Under the pieces are notes generated by a model, which saw nothing but the letters and a program-made list of their open reading frames with translations, ran no database searches and had not been told where the DNA came from. Positions 41,350-50,088 of a stretch of 64,000 nucleotides of DNA are shown here, in pieces (the stretch's first letter is position 1; each line of letters starts with the position of its first letter). Source of the DNA: Hamiltosporidium tvaerminnensis FI-OER-3-3 (lineage: Eukaryota; Fungi; Microsporidia); contig CM061255.1 of the NCBI GenBank assembly GCA_022605425.2, positions 372,001-436,000 of the forward strand. Reading direction: 5' to 3'. Made by a program: the position numbers and the translations under genes.

Positions 41350-43599
41350 ATGCACAACCCACTTCTTTCAGAGTCATTCAACCCAATAAAATACATAAAC
41401 GACACATTTAAGACTTCAACAGAATACGATTTAAACGACACACTTGTTTCTCTTCATAAAAGTATAAACATTACAAAACTAAAAAGTAAACAACTTGTTG
41501 CTTCCCATTTCTCACAATTTGTACAGTGCAAGAGTGTCATCGACAACGTGTATTCAGACATTAAACTCAAACACATCACTCTCCACCACTATTCTACCGA
41601 CAACATGCTCAACCTTTTATCTTCACTTCCTTCCAAGCACATCGATCTTGGCCTACAACTGCACACCGACCATCACACACCCACCACACACAATACCCCT
41701 GCATCTCAAAATATATTGCCAGAATTTGTACTGTCAAAACTGTCAAAAGCACTTGAAAATAAAGATTATAAAACGTTTATATCGTTGTATCCGCAACATA
41801 TACAACACCCCATCAAAATCGTATTTCTCGATTCTCTGCAATCAGATATACACCACACCAAGTCACTATCCACACTTCTTAAACTTTTTAAATATTATTT
41901 TACCATCGAACCTACCACATTCCCATACCAAACCATCAGTAATACACTCCTCGTCAATTTCAAAGAATGCATCAACTCCATCGGCAAAGGATACACCAAC
42001 ATAACCTATAATAGGGATTCTAATACTACTAGTAATATTAATAATAGGGATTCTAATACTACTAGTAATATTAATAATAGGGATTCTAATACTACTAGTA
42101 ATATTAATAATAGGGATTCTAATAGTAATACCAACATAACTTCTAATACTTCTGTCTCAGCCAGTACAATATACACAACCACCCATTTTACCAATACAGA
42201 CATATTTAAAGTAACTCTTTACCTTAAAAATATAATAAAGAAAGTATCTGCAACAAACAAAGAACCAGACTTTACAAACACAGTTACTATTCTCGTAAAT
42301 GAATATATTAATTTCATTAAATATATTATTTATAAAGAAATAGGTAATGAATATAATAATGTAACATATGGTTATGAAACAATAGATTCAACAATACTTC
42401 TGAATCAAAACAGTATTGACCCAACATATTTCAATAAGGATGGTCTAACCAACAACAACCTTAATAACAGTTATATTACTAACATATCACATAACAACCA
42501 TACTAACAGTTATATTAATAACATATCACATAACAACCCTAATATTATATCACATAACAACCTTAATAATATATCACAAAACAACCCTAATAATATATCA
42601 CATAACAACCCTAATAATATATCACATAACAACCCTAATAACATATCACATAACAACCCTAATAACATATCACATAACAACCCTAATATTATATCACAAA
42701 ACAACCTTAATAACATATCACATAACAACCCTAATAACATATCCCATAACAACCCTAATATTATATCACATAACAATCTACCTGTTACTTCAACTTCATT
42801 ACTAAAAGTACTGACATTTACAAACAAAATATTAAATTCTTATAAATATGATACAATGGATATAGAAGATATTAAAAGAGAAATGTTATATAAAGAATGG
42901 TATGGTTCTATTTATAATATACCTATATTTATTAATATGTATGGTTCTTCTATGTTTAAAGAATGTGTTATACAATATATCAAGCGAGTTATCATTAAAT
43001 ATAATGAATATTTGTGTGGAAGGTTAAGTTTAAGTAAAGGTGATGGAGTAGAGGGAGGTATAGGTAAGAATGAAGGTTATAGTAAGGATAATAAGGATAA
43101 TAAGGATAATAAGGGTTATAAGGGTTATAGTAAGGATAACAATAAGGTTAATAGTAGTGATATTAAAGATAATAGAAATAGTAAAGATAATAAGGATATT
43201 TATAATAAAGATACTAATAAAGATACTAATAATACTAACATCAATAATAATAATACTAACAATATTAGTAACAATATTAGTAACAATATACCTTTTTACA
43301 ATGCATTACTAGTAGTTTATAACACATATGCCCTTCTTAATAATAAAAATATAAAAAATATAGGAATAAAACCTTCTTTATATAATACTTTACAACAAGA
43401 ACTTATAAATTTACAAGTAAGTCTTATTATAAGAATTATAGAGAATATAAAGATAAGTAGTAATATATATATGAGTAGTAAGAGTAGTAATTATAAGGGT
43501 GTTATTTGTAGTAAAATACTTAAAGTAATTTATAGTGTTAATTTTGTAGATAATAGTGTTATTGAAATTGTAAAGAATAAATATAAAGAGTATATATAA
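41350..43599 (+). CDS. Exocyst Sec5/Exoc2-like (Vps51/Sec5 N-terminal domain) protein with Asn-rich repeat insertions
   Basis: N-terminal FNPIKYI...KQLVASHFSQFVQCKSVIDNVY matches the Sec5 LV..NF..F..CK..ID pattern. Internal 33-bp (NRDSNTTSNIN) and 24-bp (NISHNNPN) arrays; CCCC before the ATG. Confidence 0.7.
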   Translation: MHNPLLSESFNPIKYINDTFKTSTEYDLNDTLVSLHKSINITKLKSKQLVASHFSQFVQCKSVIDNVYSDIKLKHITLHHYSTDNMLNLLSSLPSKHIDLGLQLHTDHHTPTTHNTPASQNILPEFVLSKLSKALENKDYKTFISLYPQHIQHPIKIVFLDSLQSDIHHTKSLSTLLKLFKYYFTIEPTTFPYQTISNTLLVNFKECINSIGKGYTNITYNRDSNTTSNINNRDSNTTSNINNRDSNTTSNINNRDSNSNTNITSNTSVSASTIYTTTHFTNTDIFKVTLYLKNIIKKVSATNKEPDFTNTVTILVNEYINFIKYIIYKEIGNEYNNVTYGYETIDSTILLNQNSIDPTYFNKDGLTNNNLNNSYITNISHNNHTNSYINNISHNNPNIISHNNLNNISQNNPNNISHNNPNNISHNNPNNISHNNPNNISHNNPNIISQNNLNNISHNNPNNISHNNPNIISHNNLPVTSTSLLKVLTFTNKILNSYKYDTMDIEDIKREMLYKEWYGSIYNIPIFINMYGSSMFKECVIQYIKRVIIKYNEYLCGRLSLSKGDGVEGGIGKNEGYSKDNKDNKDNKGYKGYSKDNNKVNSSDIKDNRNSKDNKDIYNKDTNKDTNNTNINNNNTNNISNNISNNIPFYNALLVVYNTYALLNNKNIKNIGIKPSLYNTLQQELINLQVSLIIRIIENIKISSNIYMSSKSSNYKGVICSKILKVIYSVNFVDNSVIEIVKNKYKEYI

Positions 43600-44310
43600 A
43601 TAAGGGGTGTTAATACTATAGTGTTAATTTTGTAGAGAGTAGTGTTATTGATATTGTAAAGAATAAATATAAAGAGTATATATAAATAAGGGGATTTATT
43701 ATAGGGAGAATTAGAGGTATGTTAATACCATAGTATTGTACTAATAATTAAAGGGGTGTTAGTAACATAGTATTGTACTTTTAATTAGAGGGGTGTTAGT
43801 AACATAGTATTGTACTTTTAATTAAAGGGGTGTTAATACCATAGTATTGTATTTTTAATTAAAGGGGTGTTAGTAACATATTTATAAGTAGTGTTAATTA
43901 AAGGGGTGTTAATAACATAGTTTTGTACTTTTAATTAGAGGGGTGTTAATAACATAGTATTGTACTTTTAATTAAAGGGGTGTTAGTAATAATATAAAAA
44001 TACATCTTAAATAAAAGGGTGTTAATAAAATATTTATTGTACTAATAAAAGGGTGTTAATCATATAAATAAAAATACTACTTATATAAAAGGGTGTTAGT
44101 AATATAAATAAAAATACTACTTATATAAAAGGGTGTTAATAATATAAATAAAAATACTTCTTTAATAAAAGGATGTTAATAATATAAATAAAAATACTAC
44201 TTATAAATAAAAGGGTGTTAGTAATATAAATAAAAATACTACTTATATAAAAGGGTGTTAGTAATATAAATAAAAATACTACTTAAATAAAAGGGTGTTA
44301 ATAATATAGT
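43600..44310. repeat. Degenerate 35-38 bp minisatellite with an AAAGGG(G)TGTTA core between convergent genes
   Basis: About 17 recurrences of GGGTGTTA(G/A)TA in two successive unit types. Confidence 0.85.
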
Positions 44311-44456
44311 ATTGCACCATTAAATAAAAGTACTAAATGAATACCAAATATTAAATAAAAAAAAATAAAATAATAAAAATACTAATCGAAACCCAATACA
44401 CAACCTAACCTTATACTAAAACACAAAATAATTTTAAAAACCAAATTAATTTTTAT

Positions 44457-45716
44457 TTAAGTCGTTTCATTCTGAGGCATAGGCCCTATAGAAGTATGAA
44501 AATGTTTCTCAATCTCCTGTATAACAGGCAAATCATCGTCAAAAACAAAATTAAGCGCTTTTCCTTTTCGTCCATACCTACCTGCTCTACCTATACGATG
44601 TATATAAGTAACAATATCCTGACTACGAGGTATATCAAAATTAATAACAAGACTAAGCTGTTGAATATCAATACCTCTTCCTAATAATCCTGTACTCAAT
44701 AAATATCTAAATTTCGAAGCTCTAAACCTATTAAGTATGTCTGTACGTTGCTGTTGAGTAAATTCTGAATGAATTACTTCTACAGGAAATTTCATTGTAC
44801 ACAACACATCATATAAATACTTAGCTTTGGATTTTGTATTGACAAATATCACACACTGAGACACATCAGAACTCTCTAATATGTCTACAAGGGCATCTAC
44901 TTTTAACATATCAGATCCTCTCGCAGGTTTAGGTCCCAAATACACATAATATTGATCAATTCCTTTCAATGTCTGTTCATCCTGTCTCAAATCAATAATA
45001 ACAGGATTTCTTAATATCTCTGCTGCCACATCTAATTCTTCTTTTTCCCACGTAGCACTAAACATAGCCACCTGTAATATATCTACAGGTAAAGTAAGAA
45101 ATATAGCTTTTACTTTGTCTTTAAACCCCTGTTTTAACATCTCATCCGCTTCATCTATAATTAATAATTTAATATTTTCTGTTTTTAAATGATTAGCTTG
45201 TATCATATGAAGGACACGTCCAGGTGTACCAACTACTATACCGGGATTTTGTGATAAACTAGAAATATTTTCAGAAACAGCAAATCCACCACACAAAAGT
45301 GTCACCTTTATGTTCATATGCATTCCTATACCAGCTATTCTCATAGCATTCTGTTCAGCTATTTCTCGTGTAGATACCAGTACAAGTACTTGTGTAGCAT
45401 CTATAGTCTCATCAATAGATTGTAATGCCCCAACAGCAAATGCACCAGTCTTTCCTGTACCAGACTGTGCTTGTGCTCGTAAATCTTTACCCATCATCAT
45501 AGGCTTAATAGCTACTTTCTGTATAAAAGATGGAGTAATAAATCCCGTACCGTATATTCCTTTTAAAAGGGATTCTTTTATTCCAAAATGTTCCCATTTC
45601 TCTATAATATCTGGTGTATTGTTAGAAAACGTATTCTTATCATTATTATTGTCGTTGGTAATGATATTGTTATTGATGTCTTGGTTTATAATATTGTTAT
45701 TTTCATCGAATTGCAT
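44457..45716 (-). CDS. TIF1: DEAD-box RNA helicase eIF4A
   Basis: Q motif GFITPSFIQ, AQSGTGKT, GTPGR, DEADEML, SAT, RGID, YIHRIGRAGRYGRKG. Confidence 0.88.
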   Translation of the reverse strand: MQFDENNNIINQDINNNIITNDNNNDKNTFSNNTPDIIEKWEHFGIKESLLKGIYGTGFITPSFIQKVAIKPMMMGKDLRAQAQSGTGKTGAFAVGALQSIDETIDATQVLVLVSTREIAEQNAMRIAGIGMHMNIKVTLLCGGFAVSENISSLSQNPGIVVGTPGRVLHMIQANHLKTENIKLLIIDEADEMLKQGFKDKVKAIFLTLPVDILQVAMFSATWEKEELDVAAEILRNPVIIDLRQDEQTLKGIDQYYVYLGPKPARGSDMLKVDALVDILESSDVSQCVIFVNTKSKAKYLYDVLCTMKFPVEVIHSEFTQQQRTDILNRFRASKFRYLLSTGLLGRGIDIQQLSLVINFDIPRSQDIVTYIHRIGRAGRYGRKGKALNFVFDDDLPVIQEIEKHFHTSIGPMPQNETT

Positions 45717-45854
45717 TTTCTTGGGGTTTGAATTTTTTTTTTATTTAAAAATATAAAAAGTAGGAAGTGTAAGAGAAATAAAACATATGAGATAATATAG
45801 AGTATACGTGTTAGTTATAAGTAGTTATCTATGTTTAGTTATGAGTATCAATGG

Positions 45855-46075
45855 TATTATAAGTAATACTGTTAGTAATAGTAATAATAGTAATACTGTT
45901 AGTAATAGTATTAATAGTAATACTGTTAGTAATAGTATTAATAGTAATACTGTTAGTAATAGTAATAGCATTATAAATGATATTATAAGTGTTAGTATTA
46001 GTAATAGTATTATAAATGATATTATAAGTGTTATTATAAGTAATACTGTTAGTATTATAAGTGTTAGTAATAGTA
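45855..46075. repeat. Low-complexity 21-bp repeat (AATACTGTTAGTAATAGTATT-type)
   Basis: Read directly; explains the spurious ORF 45808-46125. Confidence 0.8.
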
Positions 46076-46730
46076 TTATATCTTATATATCAGTATATCA
46101 ATATATTTGTAAATCAATACATTAGTGTTATTTGTAAGAAAATTAAAACGTTATAAAAACACGTTAGACAAGTAAAACATATGTAATAAAATAATAATAG
46201 TGATAAGGATAGTAATAGCAATAAAATAGTAATGGTAATAGGTAATGAAACATATCTAGTAAGATACTATTAAAATATCTAGTAAAATACTAGTAAGATA
46301 AGACTAAAATACTAGTAAGATTAGAAGTAAAATATATGTAAGATATTATTAAGATATGAAGTAAAATATATGTAAGATATTATTAAGATATGAAGTAAAA
46401 TATCCAGAAAATACTAGTAAGATATGAAGTAAAATATCTAGTAAGATAAGAAGAGAAATATATGTAAGAATTGATTGTATTGTTATTTTTAGTAAATATG
46501 AAAGATAGAGTTAATAACAATATATTATTAGATATTATTACTATAAGAATTATATTGGTAAGTTGGTAGTTATTAGTTTTTTAGAATTATATTGTTGATT
46601 TTTTGCTATTATTAACTTAGCATTTTTGTATTTTTAGTAATATCTTGTCTTTAAGTTTTATATTTTATTTTTTTATTCTATGAATACGAGAAGATTTGTA
46701 TTTTAATTTAATTAATTTTATTTTTTAAAA

Positions 46731-47237
46731 ATTTTAATTTAAATAATAGAAGAAATAAATGTCTAAGTTACTTGTAATATTGTATATACATTTTAATTTA
46801 AATAATTGAAGAAATCAATGTCTAAGTTACTTGTAATATTGTATATACATTTTAATTTAAATAATGGAAGAAATTAATGTCTAAGTTACTTGTAATATTG
46901 TATATACATTTTAATTTAAATAATTGAAGAAATCAATGTCTAAGTTACTTGTAATATTGTATATACATTTTAATTTAAATAATGGAAGAAATTAATGTCT
47001 AAGTTACTTGTAATATTGTATATACATTTTAATTTAAATAATTGAAGAAATCAATGTCTAAGTTACTTGTAATATTGTATATACATTTTAATTTAAATAA
47101 TTGAAGAAATCAATGTCTAAGTTACTTATAATATTGTATATACATTGTAATTTAAATAATAGAAGAAATCAATGTCTAAGTTACTTGTAATATTGTATAT
47201 ACATTTTAATTTAAATAATGGAAGAAATCAATGTCTA
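46731..47237. repeat. 59-bp minisatellite, ~8.5 copies
   Basis: Unit ATTTTAATTTAAATAATTGAAGAAATCAATGTCTAAGTTACTTGTAATATTGTATATAC, head-to-tail with no spacers. Confidence 0.97.
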
Positions 47238-47460
47238 CGTTTTATATTTTAATATAAAAAAAATTTTAATTTTTTGGGTAAAATAAAATAGAGAGTGTGT
47301 ATATTTAAAGAAGATATATATTTGAAGTTATAAATGTAAAGAGGTGGTATATATGGAGAAATGAATTTGACTTGTTGATATTATGTGTATATTGGGGTTT
47401 TAACCATGAATATAATATACTTAAGATAATATTTAGTTATAGGTGTTATTTTATAACAAA

Positions 47461-47543
47461 ACCTAGAACTGCGTTAATGTCATGAAAACAAATATAACAC
47501 TTGCCACTGTTTTAAAAAGATGTGATACTTTTAAATAAATTAA
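47461..47543 (+). mobile_element. 730-nt retroposon family, copy G: 5'-truncated 83-nt copy
   Basis: Only the 3' end of the element is present, flanked by the perfect 13-bp TSD ATTTTATAACAAA (47448-47460 and 47544-47556). Confidence 0.92.
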
Positions 47544-47552
47544 ATTTTATAA

Positions 47553-49222
47553 CAAATATCTCCAAACTTTTTGGATCGAAGACTAGACTACATTTCTTCT
47601 AAAAAAGCCTTGCATATTGCCGTGATATTCTAGAAGAAAGCTAAGGTTAAAGTGCGTCTTTAACAAGGAGGTCGTCTTTCTGCTAACTGTTCCTTTTTTA
47701 TTATGAAAATAATTGTTTTTATAAATAAAATAATTGTCTTTATTGGTTTTATTCATCATGACACACCCCCCTTTTCTATTTTAAAAATATAAATAATATC
47801 ACACATACCTAGTGGAGGGAGGATAACCACAAAAAAAACTTTCTGCTTGGCAATGAGTGTGTGAAACTGTTGTGAGATCATTGTTTGGATTTTTAGTGGG
47901 AATAAAACCACACTACATCTTCGGTTGTTCCATGGGTGTTGTTATGAAGAGGAGAGGTCTAAGAAATGGAGAAACTTTTTCTACAAATTTATTTGTAGTT
48001 TTTTATGTAACCAGATTGCAGACCGCAGCTGAACATGTAGGTAATTGCCATGTAAAAGCATGGAAACCTAGCCTTGCTCACTCGGGTTAGAAGACTTAGC
48101 GCCTGGGAGATATAAAAACAAAACCCATTAAAAGCCGGGAGAGCTAAGTAGCAGATTATACCTGTTGGTATGACATTGCACTGTCTAGGTGGACCCCATG
48201 TAAGTCTCTGAAATATATCTTAGCTAGAAGTTTATTGGGTTCAGAAAGTGTAGAGTAAGTGGGAATGCTGCATAGTCTTGGGGGAGCCCAGGGGGGGCTT
48301 CGGCCTTCGATCACACTCCATGCAACGGACATTAACGAACTCCGGGCAACTGCCTCGCCTAGTAATAAGGTTCTACCCACCTGGTAAATGAAAGGCTTTG
48401 GGACGTAGGTATCGCAGGGGTTACCGATGGAGTTTTGGGGTAGCAGTTATTTATGTTAAACCTAGTACTGCGTTAATGTCATGAAAACAAATATAACACT
48501 TGCCACTATTGTAAAAAGATGTGATATTTTTAAATAAAATCACACATACCAATAAATCTTACTTTTTATGCTAACATACAAAAAAATATTTCTAAGATTT
48601 TATTATTAATATTTTTAAATAAATTTTAAGTTCCATATAGACGTCAAAAAATAAACAAATATATAAACCATAATTCTATATAAAATATTCAAATAAATTA
48701 CTGCAATTTTATAAGAGTCTAAAGTTTCACAATTTAATCAAGTTCATAAATCTGCTCCAGTAATATATTCCGCTTTGGCACTACCTAACCACAAGAACAA
48801 GCATCTTCTAAAATAAAATATGTTTACAAATCCAATTTAATAGAAAGTACTTGGAGCACTTATTCATAATTTATACTTGTAAATTTAACGAAATTGTACA
48901 AAGAAGTAGGCCTAATCACAATTACATCAATTTCATCAATAATAAATTATGCCTCTAAATTTTTTTTATTCTGACTTTTTGGTATTAAATGCTATAAAAA
49001 ATGTTAAGAACAAAATAAAATTTTCTTTTTATTATGAAATCATAGTAAAAATTATCTGAAATTGTAATTTTTTTGTATACTAAAAGGGAAAATTTCATTT
49101 TTTTAGCTGAAAAAACACCTATCCTACACTAAAAAAATTCTGGACGGTTAATGCAAGTACAGTCTAGACATCTGGTGTATATCAGATCAAATGTGTCTGC
49201 GGGCCGTAGTCTTGAGACCCTG
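47553..49222 (-). mobile_element. hAT MITE copy 2, interrupted by retroposon copy H
   Basis: Right end GCGGGCCGTAGTCTTGAGACCCTG; 48551-49222 matches copy 1. Putative left end CAAATATCTCCAAACTTTTTGG; 8-bp flanks TTTTATAA/TTTTATAC. The left boundary is less certain. Confidence 0.7.
47810..48538 (+). mobile_element. 730-nt retroposon family, copy H (reference copy)
   Basis: TAGTGGAGGGAGGATAACCAC ... TTTTAAATAAA, with the perfect 12-bp TSD ATCACACATACC at 47798-47809 and 48539-48550. Confidence 0.95.
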
Positions 49223-49384
49223 TTTTATACCAAATCACTTTTTTTATTGATGCTCTTAAGTTTCTTGCATCAAAATGGACTGAATTTAAAAGACTGTGTG
49301 AAACAAAGTTTTATCGTAGTTTAGAATAAAAGAAAAGAAAAGCTTAGCTTAGACTATTGTCTATGGGTCTAGAGGATAGCTATC

Positions 49385-50088
49385 AAATGAATATTGCATC
49401 ATTCTAAAAAAATGCCGTATTTTATGATCCTTTAATGAAATAGCGCATTTCTAGTTTAAGCATTAATAAGTTTTCACTAAAACTTTGTTGCTCTTACTTA
49501 AATACTTAAGTCTAAAGCCTATACCAAAATAGAATATAATTTATTTAATGAGAGAGGCAGTTTCTTTGGTTAAGTTAATAACCATTGATTGGAGTATTTT
49601 CGAGGGTTAGAAACCATACTTGCTTCGCTCGGGATAAGCAGAATTCTCATATAATCAGCATATTCCAACTAAATAGACTTCCAACTAATATATAAGGAGG
49701 ATTAGTGAAGTCTACATCGACGTTGCAATGTCATATAACAGCCATAACTTAGTACTTACGCTTGCTCACTCTTAAAATGTATGTTTTTTCTATTTCCCGG
49801 GTGCCAAGTCTTCTAACATTAGACATCAAAGCTATTTTTATGTTTTTACATCGCAGATACCTACAGATTAAATGGTTGTTTGCAATCATTTTACAGGAAA
49901 AACTAAAAGAAATCTGTAAAAATTTTATTCCTTTTTTTTAAATTCTCTTCTCTTTGTCAAACTTGCGTTTGAACAGTTGAAAACGTAATGGGGTTTTCAC
50001 CTTACATAAATCAGCAGAATTGTTTTTGCATCAATTTTACATAATCATGGCTAAGCAGATGTTTCATAATGCGGTTATTCTCGCTATA
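49385..50088 (-). mobile_element. 730-nt retroposon family, copy I (highly diverged)
   Basis: Colinear blocks GCATTTCTAGTTTAA, TTGCAATGTCATA, GCCAAGTCTTCTAAC, AAGCAGA and GCGGTTATTCTC; ends approximate. Confidence 0.7.

Noticed and set aside
43600-44310. GGGTGTTA repeats as telomeric sequence
   Set aside because: Motifs are spaced by ~28 nt of AT-rich sequence and lie between two genes; this is not a contiguous telomere tract.
41495-46125. Overlapping or antisense ORFs in Sec5 and eIF4A, and the 45808 ORF
   Set aside because: Shadows of real genes or low-complexity repeats, with no CCC motif.
46731-47237. Regular repeats (also 7967-8155 and 40378-40706) as CRISPR arrays
   Set aside because: Head-to-tail units without unique spacers, no cas genes, eukaryotic context.
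48005-48310. Group I intron-like core in the element (GATTGC..CCGCAGC, AAGACT / CATAGTCTT as P7) and a group II domain V-like AAGCCG..GGTT
   Set aside because: Matches are short, J6/7 and J8/7 are non-canonical, there is no bulged G-binding site, copies show no compensatory changes, and the D5 helix does not form. Worth only an Infernal check.
47857-48380. Recurrent small ORFs (MCET..SLFGFLVGI.., MGR..) in the 730-nt element, also at 10514, 18345, 26180-26401, 38264 and 54682
   Set aside because: Most start at GTG/TTG, and their frames and stops differ between copies. They reflect shared repeat sequence rather than a conserved protein.
47810-48538. 730-nt element as a solo LTR, MITE or Helentron/DINE-like element
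   Set aside because: No TG..CA ends or 4-6 bp TSD and no TIRs. The short subterminal inverted match plus 3' hairpin recalls Helentrons, but those do not make 11-14 bp TSDs.
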